A DNA stretch of 64,000 nucleotides from contig NC_047071.1 in the NCBI RefSeq assembly GCF_902459465.1, forward strand, positions 17,546,001 through 17,610,000. The letters run 5' to 3'. Positions within the stretch are counted from its first letter, which is position 1. Each line of letters begins with the position of its first letter. The notes under the pieces were generated by a model. The model was not told where the DNA came from. It saw only the letters and a list, made by a program, of their open reading frames with translations, and did no database searches. This document shows positions 34,601-46,386 of the stretch, piece after piece. Origin of the DNA: Asterias rubens. Its lineage: Eukaryota. Position numbers and translations under genes: made by a program.

Positions 34601-36725
34601 AAAACAAGGCTACGTCCCAGGAGAGAGCATATACCTCACTGGCCAAGTTAACAACCGTGACAGGGAAGAATGGTGTGATTTTCACGTCAAGTTTATGCAG
34701 GTACGAGCATCAATTACTTTTAAAAGATTGCAGAATTCGTTTTTGCTAACAAAACAGTTGCTGGCAGTTTACGCATGGGTCATTCCATGTCAGACCAACA
34801 CACCTTTTTACCTCATGTCTTCCGATTTTGATAAAAATTGCTGTGCTTGTAGGTCCTAATGAGCAATGAATGCACAGCAATTTTTAGCCCGATCGGACTT
34901 ACCATGTGGTCAGGGCAGAAACCACTAAAATCTGACATTTTTATGGTAAAATACCACATTTTTGGTAAAAATATGTCATAACCTTGTCAATTTTTATCAC
35001 ATATATGCAAATTTGGTATCAAAATGATGAGAATTGCATGCTCAAATCGATTCTTTTGTCAAAAATAAAATTTCTGAAATGTAGGACAGTGTAATCTTTA
35101 ATATGTTATCGTGACCTTTGACCCCGTTTTTGAAATAATGTATCATTCCAAAAATCAACGAAATAAAAATCACTTGATAGAGCATGTCTTCCTCTGTCAG
35201 AATCCACTAAGAAACAGTTGGGCTCTTCAAAATTTACAACTTAATGACTATTTTTGTACAAGTCACTGTGATCTTAAATATGTTATCGTGACCTTTGACC
35301 CAATTTTTGAAATAACGTAATTGGCAAAAAATGAATAAAACGCTTACTGAGCGAGTTTTATGTAAATCTGTGATCTTAGGCGAGTTGTTGTCCTTACTTC
35401 GTTTTCTGTAATGTTTAATATTTATTTCATAAATTTCACTTCCTCAGAAGTTTTCATTTGTTGTTTGCATGAACACCCCTATTTCAGAGAATAACGTTCT
35501 ATTCGAAATCAAGCGAAAAGAAACATGTGAAAAACATCCTTGGGTCTGTGAGGGTCAGGGTACCGACTCCTCGAGGCAGGGTGACAGACTTTATCTTGGG
35601 TCCGATGCCCATTCCTCCCCAGCGTGTACTGACGGAGATTAGTCTTAAAGAGGATTCTATTTCAGGCCAATAATGTATTGGCTATCGGGTAGACTAAAAG
35701 CTACGATCGCAGACTTGGAACCAAGTCTAAACACAATGTAGAATTACACATGTCCACTCAGTTTTATTTGTACAGGGATTTTTTTCTAGTGTATAAGTCT
35801 AGTAGTTTCCACAGAGCTATGAGGGATGGGTTGGTTACCAGACTCGGTCGTGTCTTGCACGTTGTTTATAATATGACTTGACAGGTCATCATCCAAAGGT
35901 CCTTTTCGAAACCACGGTATCGGTGCCAATTTCGGCTCATTCTAAAATGCCCTCGCGGTTGTTTTGACAATATTGTAGGGGCTGAGGGCTTCAGACGAGA
36001 CAACGGAGCCTGAAGCCGAATCCATAGAGTGACGAATCAAAAAGGGCCATAGAGTGACATCAACCACTTTGTCTAGATTATTTTGTGAAATCGCTTTAAC
36101 TGTTTCTTTGGTCCCAACAAACGTTAATACTCTTAACAATTATTTACATTTGTTGAATGTGTTGATCAGTGTAAGGGCGATAACGGAAAGTTGAAGTTTC
36201 CGATAGTAATTGGTACGGTGCCTCTCCGTGCACGGACCCCTGCTTCTTTACCAACTGCGCCACCAGCAAGTATGCCGTACCCTTCGGCTATTGCGACGGC
36301 ACCAGCATCGGGTAAGATTTGTTCCTTTCCTAAACCTATTTTGCATATAAAGACGAATTCCTTAAAAAAGTAAAGTGCTGTGGTATCGCCGTAAAGGGCA
36401 CCGGGATACTGCTTGACTTAAAAACTGCAGGCCCTTTCTTTGTTTTCCTTCATATATTTTGGACGCTCACATTTTTGTTCCCACAATAAAGCGGTTTTAT
36501 TTCAATAAACAATTTCCCCTGAATCCCTTTGATTATTTTTGTTTACGTCTAGCACCTCCATTTGGTGATGAAGCTCCGCCCCCAAGTTACGAGGAGGCTG
36601 TCGGCAAAACAGAGAAACTGGCCAACGCAAGGAACGATGAGGATTACGTCATTGACGATCAGTTCGTGCCTAGTTATCCTTTCTTCAACCTTTCGGTTGA
36701 TGTGCCACCGGGTTCCCGCCATTAA
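31650..36725 (+). pseudogene. Alpha-arrestin (ARRDC family) paralogue 1, probably disrupted
   Basis: Exons 31650-31782, 32363-32500, 33635-33879, 34518-34700, 35488-~35620, 36170-36311 and 36553-36725 align to copy 2. The exon-2 donor reads AAAG|GAATGA instead of AAAG|GT, so read-through hits TAA after about 10 codons. Exon 5 diverges after ..PMPIPP, lacks the CNIIDIEY segment and its donor, and runs to a stop (..EDSISGQ*). Confidence 0.7.
32560..32885 (+). mobile_element. tRNA-derived SINE, same head family
   Basis: Head TAGCCGAGCGGATAAG...GGGTTCGAATC; tail AAGCGCTTTG..GGCGCTATGTAAAA..TATTATTATTAT. Confidence 0.8.
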
Positions 36726-36829
36726 TCCCATGAAGTTTAGCTCATACCCAGATGTACTCATTGTTCTCCTACACTCTAAAAACTAAAGAGTTGAATCCAA
36801 CACTTGCATGGTAACCATACATACATACA

Positions 36830-37200
36830 CTGTACAAAATATCCGTACAATTTACGGCACTTGGTGCCAGGTAAAAGTGCCGTAAATTTCACGGTGTAAG
36901 TTTTGCACATGTAATGCCTCCTGCTGGCATTTAGAGAGAGAGAGGGACTCAGCTTGTATCATGAACTTTGGTAGTTTTAATCACGTTAACACTTGGCTGC
37001 CATCTTGATGGAAAGGTACATGAGTAGGGGTTAGACTCTAGAGGGCGCTAGTCCTGTCTGTATGCATGTGTGAATGTGACAGCACACTATACCCCTTTGG
37101 ACACAATTTACAAAACTTCCACCGTGAAACTTACGGCACTTTACCTTGGCACCCTAGCTGCCAGATAAAGTGCCGTAAATTGTACGGATATTTTTTACAG
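36830..37200. mobile_element. Fold-back element with TGCCAGGTAAA(A)GTGCCGTAAATTTCACGG arms (relative at 13170-13335)
   Basis: Inverted arms at 36830-36900 and 37115-37200. Confidence 0.6.
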
Positions 37201-39155
37201 TGCAGAGAAATTATGCGCAAGCTGCATGTAAGACCGGACCGCAAATGAAAGCTGACCAACTATAATGACATCATCACCCCGGACCAATCATAACACGTCT
37301 CAAGCTAACGTCATTGCAGTCTTATCCAATGAAAATTATTGTAGCAAATATAAATCATTTGGGCATGTCAGACCAGTGCCTGTCTTTATCCATCTTTTGC
37401 GCCTATAAATCCAGGGGACTGGGACCAGTTCACGATAATGATTTGCGTTTTGACATTTTTGATGCAGACAAAAACCTCGATCTCAAACTTGAAACCAATG
37501 GTTATAGTCTAACTACCCCCATCTTCCTCAATTACACCGGGTGACTCCCATGATCAAAAAAGCCCAAAATCACTTGACCTGATGAAAATGTGCCGTTTCT
37601 CTTGCCAGAGACGTTGCTGGTACAGGACTTGGACCACTGCGACTATAGGCGGCTTCGCTGCTAAAAATGCTCGAACACTTTATTTCTTCATTTTTGTGCA
37701 GGATATTTGCACAGAATTCTGGGTGGTTTGGCAGCTAAAAGAATACAGTGCTTTATTTTTGATGAATATTTCTATTATGCAGTGATACAGTACATATATT
37801 TATTTTCTGTAGCAATGCCAGTTAATTAGTGTTTATCCTCACTGTTTTTTAATTATTGATTGTTGTGTACTGGTAGTGCATATAATTAAATTTTCTGTAT
37901 TTTCTCTACGATGTTATTTTATAACTGGGGTTTTCTTTTTAAAGTGTTCAGCGCCCAAGAGCATGTTTCATGGCTATAGGCGCTATATATTCATTATTAT
38001 CATCATTTTTTATGAACTTTTTTGTTGACATCCAAAACAACAATTATTATGCCAACCGGTAGTAAGGCCTAAAGCTATTAGTTATATGCCCCGCGGTTCT
38101 GGTCATAACTTATTAAAAATGGTCCATTGTCATTACATTTTTAGTGATCGATGCCGATACTGCTTAATACCTGTGTGAAGTCTAGTGTTGGCACCATTGC
38201 GATTTGAAGCTCGCTTTCCTTCTGTTTTGTGTAGTTTTGGCAAGAGATCATTTTGGTACTGCAGAGTAGTACGCAGCTACTTCTGATTTTGTCCTCGTTT
38301 ATCAAAATTAGGCCAAACCTCAAGGTTTTGAAAAACTGGAAACACTTCTGCCGTTGAGAGTGGCGTCGAAAGTACAATATTTTGACGTCATGTGTGGGCG
38401 TATGCTTGGTATATACCTCTGGTTTTTTAATCAGATGCTTAATTTCGAGACCTCAGAATCTAATTCTGAGGTCTCGAAGTCAAATTCAAGTTTAGTGGAA
38501 AATTACTTCTTTCTCGAAAACTTCTTCAGAGGGAGCCGTTTTTCACAAGGTTTTATACTATCTTGAACAGCTCTCTAATACTTTGTTACCAAGTAAGTTT
38601 TTATGCTAACAATTATTTTGAGTAATTATGTTTATTTTGAGTGCATACAAATTATAGCGACAACACCCATTGTAAAGCACACGCGTCTTTCTGAACGGCG
38701 AGATACTGTCTTGACGTGTTTGTTATGTCATAGTTTCGCCATTAAACTCTGTTGCGATTATGTTTATATGTGTCCCCGTCTTCTTGTTACCAAACAGACA
38801 GCGCAATCTCCAATGAAAACATATAGTGATATTTCCCATTTGTTTGCATGCGTGCAATTTGTGCCGCTCCATCTGTGGCTGTGGCGCTGCTATGTGAACT
38901 CAGCAGCACTGGAATTGAACTCAGTGACCTTGTTTGGGGGAAAACGACTCATTGTGCATTACTACTGGTAATAAATGTTTTTTTCGTTAGTCATGCGGAT
39001 ATGCTATACATCTCTGTGTACGGGATTCATATGAATAGTTGTTTTCACTTCATACTCAAAGCACTAAGCTAGCACAACAGTGTACATAACAGTAGGCATA
39101 TGCCTACACAGTCAAGACTACAAGAGGCGTTTTAAGACGACCTAAGGACAGAAAC

Positions 39156-42100
39156 ATGAGCAGACTTAGGACACTGGCGATTGCGTTCGATAGTAACACG
39201 AACGTATTTTCTTCTGGTGACGTCATCAGTGGCCAGGTTATCGTACAAGTAGACTCAAACCGCGACCAGGAGGGTTTGAAGAACGTACAAGGTATGTGAC
39301 GATAGGCGTAGAAAAACCACAGTTTTATCAGGGTGTGGCTCAGTGGTTTTTATACATTTCCAACTCTGTCTTGCGAAATAGAACTGAGCCTTTTGGATAG
39401 GATTGGGTTTGATCCAGTGGCTATTCTCTGATGCGTCGTTTTGCCCCATTTTGGGGGCTTCCCCACTTATCATCGAAAACTGAGATTAACTCTCGTATTC
39501 TTTCTGCCCTGTTTTGAACACTTGCGGAAAATTAACAAATAAATAAAATAAATACATGAAGTGAAAACGACCGGGGGGGGGGGGTGGAGGTAACTTTTCT
39601 TCCAAATTTCGGAGAATTAGACAGGAAAAGCAAAACAAAATAAACACAAGCAAGAGAGAGAGACTTATCATCTAAGTTAATAAAGAATTCACATGCATCC
39701 TTATATAAATAAACTCAAGGGAACAGTATCATTTATGTGTCTCATGCCAAGTGTAGAAACCGTGGTTGGAAAGTTGTGAAATTCTCTGGCTGTGGATGTT
39801 TTAAATAGCGACACTTATTTAAAGCCATTGGACCCTTTCGGTACAGAAAAAAAAAAGTTCACAGATTTACAAATAATTTACAGGGTTTACAGAAGGTAAT
39901 GGTGAAAGACTTCTCTTGAAATATTAGTCCATAAAATGCTTTACTTTTTGAGAAAACGGTAAAACAATATAAATTCTCGTTAGCGCGAGAATTACGGATT
40001 TGTTATAAACACATGTCATGACACGGCGAAACGCGCGAAAACAGGAGTGGGTTTTCCCGTTTTTTTCTCCCGACTCCGATGTCCGATTGAGCATAAATTT
40101 CCACAGGATTGTTATTTTATATATAAGTTGTGATACACGAAGTGTGGGACTTGGACAATTCTGTTTACCGAAAGTGTATAATGGCTTTAATTTGCTCTGC
40201 CCCCCAAAAACAAAACAAAAAAACAAACAAACAAAACAACTTTTTGGGCAAACAAAAGTTCATAAAAATTGCTTTTCCAAAATGGCCGCGGGACACATTT
40301 TTAAAGAACACCGCCTGGGCTTTTTTTTATTTTTTAAATCGTCTGGGGATGGGAGATTAATTAATTGTATCTGTTTTTGTACTAAAAAAAGAGAGAGAGA
40401 GAGAGAAAAAAAAAGGAGGCCGTCTCAAGGGTGCGGCCGGGACGCCAAAAATATGTTTTCTTTTTGCCGGATACTCTGCTTTTTATTTGTTTCAACGGTT
40501 TTTTGATGGTCAGGAATATGGGTGAAGTTTAAAGGGAAAGCTAAAACAAAGTGGACAACCACTAAACACAGCACTGACTCAGACGGGAATAGTCATTCGC
40601 ATACAAGGACCCACACCAAGAAGGAGAGATACTTTGACACCATCTTCGTGATCTTTGGCAAAGGTATATCTTATTACTCCTACTTTGTTATTCTGAGAGG
40701 ATTCTGAAGTCTAATCCTCAAAGGCAGTGGACACTATTGGTAATTTCTCAAAATAATTATTGGCATAAAACCTTACTTGGTGACGAGTAATGGGGAGAGG
40801 TTGGTGGTATAAAACATTGTGAGAAACGGCTCCCTCTGAAGTGCCATAGTTTTCGAGAAAGAAGTAATTTTCCACGAATTTGATTTCGAGACCTCAAATT
40901 TAGAACTTGAGGTCTCGAAATCAACCATCTAAACGCACACAACTTTGTGTGACAAGGGTTATTTTTCTTTCATTATTATCTCGCAACTTCGATGACCGAT
41001 TGAGCTCAAATTTTCACAGGTTTGTTATTTTATGCATATGTTGAGATACACAAACTGTGAAGGCTAGTCTTTGACAAATACCAATAGTGTCCACTGCCTT
41101 CAAATATTATCTTGAAATTTATACTGAAACGATTTACGGGGAGGCCCCAAGGCTTGGACATCGTTTGGTAATGGTAGACTTTGGAACGCTAGGTGGCAGC
41201 AGACCTACAAGGTAAACTTCCATTGTTTACGTAGCTCTGAGCATGCGCACATTACCGAGAACACTGGAATTTACTTGGTAAGTCTGCTGCCACCAAGCGT
41301 CCCAAAAGTCTCCTGCCAAAGACCAATCTTATCATGGTGTATCCAAACATAATGCAAAAAATAACAAACCAGCGAACCTTATTTTGGGCTGAATTAGTTA
41401 CCACTGCAAGCACAGAATAATGAAATGAAAAAATACCCGTGTTGAACAACTTTGTGTGCTTCCAGGACCATACGCCTTTCTTAATATTATTTACGAGGTA
41501 CGTCACAATGCTAATCCAAAACGAGGCGATGGGCGCAGCCACTGCAAGTGAGGGGAACATGCGCCCATAGCCTCATTTTGGGTAAGAATTATGACGTCAT
41601 GCATACATATTAAGAGATGCGTATTGTGGTTCAAACCATAAACCACGTGTGTGCTAGTGCAACCTAGAATGGCATTGAATATTTAACTGTTTGATAAACG
41701 CGACTTCCAATGGAAAAGTTGGGTCGTTACAACGGTTCTTTTTAGAGCCAACGCAAAATATCATTGCTATTATACCGCAAACCTCTCCTGTTATATCTTA
41801 CACAAAATTTCAAATCCCACTAACATTATTTATAAACTATAACGGAATATTACTTATAAAACGTTACAGGGAAACATCAGCGTTCTGCTAATAAGCTGAA
41901 CATTCCACCAGGAACCCATGCCTACCCCTTTTCATTTCAACTCCCTATTGGAATGTTGCCGTCTCCATTCGAACACAAATATGGGTACGTGAGGTACAAA
42001 GTGAAGACGACGCTGTCGCTCATCAGGACCTTTTCCAATAAAACCTTCAAAAGAGAGAAGCTGTTTAGTGTGACCGGACCCATGGTGGACTTGAATCTCA

Positions 42101-44105
42101 TACCACAAGCGCAGGTTTGTGCCTTCACTAGACATATCCCAGATTTGTGTCTTCAATATTCTTTTCCTTAAACTTGTTCTCGTTTTAGTTAAACAAAAGT
42201 ATGGAAGTGCGGATTGTAGTGTTCTTTACAATTAAACAGGTTGACCACAGTGCAAACCCCTAAAACTTTAATGTTGGACTTTTGGGACATTTACATGGTA
42301 GGTCTGCTGCCACCTAGTGTTCAAAAGTCTCCTATTGTGTGCAAACCCTCAAATAGCGGGATAAAAACCAATCACAATTGTTGTCCATTCATCATTCTGT
42401 GTGTGTCTTTTGTTCAGTCAGGAGTCGAGAGGACGATGAAGCTCGTCAACTGTTGTGGATGTGGATCCACTGTGGAAGAATCAATTACCGTCGGTTTACC
42501 AAAACAAGGCTACGTCCCCGGAGAGAGCATATACCTCACTGGCCAAGTTGACAACCGTGACAGGGAAGAATCGTGTGATTTTCACGCCAAGTTTATGCAG
42601 GTATGGGCATCAATTACTTTTAAAGGATTGCAGAATTCGTTTTTGCTAACAAAACAGTTGCTGGCAGTGTACGCACAATGGCCAAACATGAATAAAACGC
42701 TATACTGAGCGAGATTTATGTAAATCTGTGATCTTAGGCGATTTTTTGTCCTTACTTCTTTTTCTGTAATGTTTGATATTTATTTCATCAGTTTCACTTC
42801 CTCAGAAGTTTTCATTTGTTGTTTGTATGAACGCCCCTATTTCAGAGAATAACGTTTTATTCGAAATCAATCAAAACGAAACATGTGGATAACATCCTTG
42901 GTGCTGTGAATGTCAGGGTAGCGACTCCTCGAGGCAGGGTGACAGACTTTAGCCTGGGTCCGATGCCCATTCCTCCGGTACCACCTACGGGATTACCTGG
43001 GTGCAACATCATTGATATAGAGTATTCCATTCAGGTAAGTTTAGAACGTTTGTGTATCAACGATTTATAATTATTATAGGGAAAATTCCACGAATCAGCA
43101 AATCCATTCGACAACAAAGAATGCGGTTTGTGGCGTAACAAAGAGGAACTCGCTGGGGATATTCTACTATGGAAACCCACCCATGGCAAACAAACACCAG
43201 GACGCCCAAAGAAGACCTATCTTGATATTATTGATGGAGGATACCGGATGCAGGTTCGAAGATCTCCCAAATGCAATGGACAACGAACAAGCTCAACCTG
43301 ATAATGATGTTGATGAAAATGTGTTATGAAAAATAGGAAGAGCGTATGGATCTGATGAGAACACAAGAGGTCCATCAAAGTATAGGGATTTGAAACAAAA
43401 TGTAAACCACTTTGTCTAAATTTATAAATTATTTTGTAAGAATTGCTGTAGCTATATTTTTTTGGTCCCAACAAACATTAAAATTCATAACGATTTCTTA
43501 CATTTGTTGAATGTGTTGATCAGTGTAAGGGCGCTAACGGAAAGTTGAAGTTTCCGATAGTAATTGGTACGGTGCCTCTCCGTGCACGGACCCCTGCTTC
43601 TTTACCAACTGCGCCACCAGCAAGTATGCCGTACCCTTCGGCTATTGCGACGGCACCAGACTACCCCAAAGCAATGGCAGCATCGGGTAAGATTTGTTCC
43701 TTTCCTAAACCTATTTTGCACATAAAGACGAATTCCTTAAAAGAATAATGTGCTGTGGTATCGCCGTAAACGGCACCGGGATACTGCTTGACTTCAAAAC
43801 TGCAGGCCCATTCTTTGTTTTCCTTCATATATTTTGGACGCTCACATTAATTTTTTGTTCCCACAATAAAGCGGTTTTATTTCAATAAACAATGTTCCCT
43901 AAATCCCTTTGATTATTTTTGTTTACGTCTAGCCCCTCCATTTGGTGGTGAAGCTCCGCCCCCAAGTTACGAGGAGGCTGTTGGCAAAACAGAGAGACTG
44001 GCCAACGCAAGGAACGATGAGGATTACGTCATTGACGATCAGTTCGTGCCTAGTTATCCGTACTTCAACCTTTCGGTTGATGTACCACCGGGTTCCCGCC
44101 ATTAA
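39156..44105 (+). CDS. Alpha-arrestin / arrestin domain-containing protein (ARRDC2/3/4/TXNIP-like), 412 aa
   Basis: Exons 39156-39291, 40514-40663, 41870-42114, 42418-42600, 42846-43034, 43524-43686 and 43933-44105 total 1239 nt in frame with all GT-AG sites. Motifs include GDVISGQV, GTHAYPFSFQLP, LPSPFEHKYGYVRY, GYVPGESI, PPTGLPGCNIIDIEY, FPIVIGTVPL and a C-terminal PPSY (PPxY). Confidence 0.93.
39819..40190. mobile_element. Other TTAA-AG MITE families (also 24016-24358 and 61214-61580)
   Basis: TTAAAGCCATT..AATGGCTTTAA; TTAAAGGAACACGTTGCCTTGG..CCAAGGTAACGTG..TTAA. Confidence 0.7.
40719..41103. mobile_element. MITE family A copy (ARRDC copy 2 intron 2)
   Basis: Full length, with both TIRs. 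Confidence 0.85.
41182..41312. mobile_element. MITE family B (~130 bp, ~40-bp TIR containing CGCTAGGTGGCAGCA)
   Basis: TIR GGAGACTTTGGAACGCTAGGTGGCAGCAGAC.TACCAGGTAAA. Copies lie at about 7630-7702, 13456-13968, 18733-19046, 34020-34435, 42275-42332 and 46085-46218. Confidence 0.85.
43093..43316 (+). mobile_element. Decayed 3' fragment of an RTE-like LINE in ARRDC copy 2 intron 5
   Basis: With a frameshift it translates as IRQQRMRF..KEELAGDILLWKPTHGKQTPGRPKKTY..MEDTGCRFEDLPNAMDN, followed by a (TGA)n-like tail. Confidence 0.7.
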
Positions 44106-44116
44106 TCCCATGGAGT

Positions 44117-44481
44117 TTAAAGAGAGTGGACACTATTGGTAATTGTCACTGATCAGTCTTCTCACTTGGTGTATCTCAACATATGCATAAATATTAAACC
44201 TGTGAAAATTTTGATCTCAATCGGTCGTCGAAGTTGCGAGTTAAAAATGAAAAAAAAAACACCCTTGTCGCACAAAGTGGTGTGCTTTCACATGTTTGAT
44301 TTCGAGACCTATAATTCTAAATCTGAGGTATCGAAATCAAATTCGTGGAAAATTACTTCTTTTCTTTCTCGAAAAGTACGCTACTTGAGAGGGAGTCGTT
44401 TGTTACAATGTTTTGTACTATCAACAGCTATGCTAATAACTATTTTGAGTAATTACCAATAGTTATGTCCACTGTCTTTAA
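44117..44481. mobile_element. MITE family A copy in the ARRDC copy 2 3' UTR
   Basis: TTAA..TTAA flanks 11 nt after the stop codon; the paralogous site in copy 1 is empty. Confidence 0.85.
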
Positions 44482-44724
44482 CTGATGCAGGCCTATACTC
44501 ATTGTTCTCCTATGGATGGACATCGAGATGCCGATGAGGTTGTGCGGAGGGGGGGGGGGGGGGTGAACAGTGTATTTCCATTTAAGGTCATCAGCGATTA
44601 CCTCCTCAACGATCACATTGACCCTCCTTGTCAAGAAGTTCCCCAGCGGAAGTTTCAGGAGGACAACTGCCAAGCAACCAAGTAACGTGTCACTGGTCAT
44701 TATGTTATGTAAACCCGATTTTTC

Positions 44725-44875
44725 AGGATGACGTCTCTAATCGGTTACCACTGCGGGCCCAGTACAGACCCCTGTGGCACAGAATAATTCAGGACAACAG
44801 GGTCTGATATCGCAGTGCCCATACACACATGCTGAGTACTATTGAAGAGATACTAACCGGCCATTCCTCGTTGCC
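44725..44875 (-). mobile_element. Decayed L2/CR1-type RT fragment
   Basis: The minus strand reads ..STQHVCMGTAISDPVVLNYSVPQGSVLGPQW*PIRDVILK. It carries the VPQGSVLGP RT motif with in-frame stops. Confidence 0.75.
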
Positions 44876-46344
44876 CCCATTCATTTCCGGAATTGTATAC
44901 AGCCCCTTTTCAATTCGTAGTATTATGCCCTCTTCATATACCTATGGTTTTGCCATATAACCACTTATATAGTTACCCGTTTTCTTTCTTCTTCTACTTG
45001 CCCTTCTGGGGGGGGGGGGGGGGGTAGGATTATTATTTGTACGTCTAGTTTGACAAATATGATGATTGTACTTGATTTACGCACTTACCTAAAATTGTGC
45101 ACCCTTTTAGCATTTTATAATAATTAACTCGCTCCTTGGCAGTGCAGCTAATAAAGATCAAGCTAAAGTAGTAGTCAATTTGCTTTACCTTCCGCCCGGG
45201 TGGTTGTAAAAAAGCAGGACAGTTATTTTCATAACTGCGAAGTCTCCCGAACAATCCGATAAGTCTACTCCGCGGTAGTAGAATATAATAGCAATTAGCA
45301 AGACAGTTCTAAGAACAAAATCTCTGGCAATTGTAGATAATATGGTGTTATTTTTTACCGCAAACCAAATTTAAGTTGTTATATAATAATGGTGTATATG
45401 GTAATTGTGATGTCATAATTAGTCATGACCGAACTTTCACCCAGAGCCTGGTGGTGAGAAGGTCATTGTGGTAGTAATGGGTATTCCTAGAATACTGAGG
45501 TGGGTGTGGAGGTCAGTGGTCAGTGACCTACCTGGACTCAAGGATGTGGTTCTTGCCTCATTCCAGGAATGACCACTCCTCAAGGAATTCAAGGGAAATA
45601 AAAGAGGGATGGGAAAAGTAAATGAGTTATTCTTATCTAGGGCACCTTAGGGCGCACTTCTATGTTAAAAGACATATGTAGAAATAAAAAGACTGTGTGC
45701 AGAAGAAGTTAACAACAAATCGTCTTCCGTGAGTCTTTGTATTGAGTAATTCGTACAAATGATATTGTTCTGAGGAGCAGTATCACAACAGTAATATTGG
45801 ATGTCTTTTATATATTATCTGTTAACACTTGTACAAATAAAGATTCTTATATCACGGAGAGCCATCAGTTCATTTTTACTTTAAAGTTCAGAAACCATTT
45901 CAATGCAATTTTTATGCAAAATTGTTCAGATGAAACTGAATTATTAATCAACGGGTTGCTCCTTTCGAAGTTGCTAATAATAAAATTAAATTTATTGCAC
46001 CTATATAGACGGGTGATAAAGTGTACGGATACCTTTGTTTTTGTTTCAATCCTTCTATCAAAATGAGTGTAGATGCATACTATAGGAGACTTTGGAACGC
46101 TAGGTGGCAGCAGACGTACCAGGTCAATTCCCTTGTTTACGTAGTTCTGAGCGCACTTGCCGAGAACAATGGATTTTACCTGGTAAGTCTGCTGCCACCA
46201 AGCGTCCCAATAGTCCCCTTTGTGTTTCTACCATGGTGGTTTAATGAGTAACTACAAATATAAAGATTAATAGTAAGCTTGCGGGTACAGCCATGGGTAA
46301 AATCTCTTTTGAAGGATTGGTGGCTCTGAAAAGGGCCGGTTTGG

Positions 46345-46386
46345 TCTCGACGTTTCGAACAGTATACTCTGCTCCTCTTCGGGAGA
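46345..46386 (-). ncRNA. Minimal type I hammerhead-ribozyme-like motif (Penelope-type), with a core substitution
   Basis: Minus strand: TCTC-CCGAAGA-G-GAGCAG-AGTATA-CTGTTC-GAAA-C-GTC-GAGA. Stems I and II pair, and CUGANGA appears as CCGAAGA. Confidence 0.6.

Noticed and set aside
37314-37544. 76-aa ORF between the ARRDC copies
   Set aside because: It has no recognisable domain and lies among repeat fragments.
45045-45254. Minus-strand ORF with a strong GTAAGT donor
   Set aside because: I found no recognisable homology, acceptor or partner exons.
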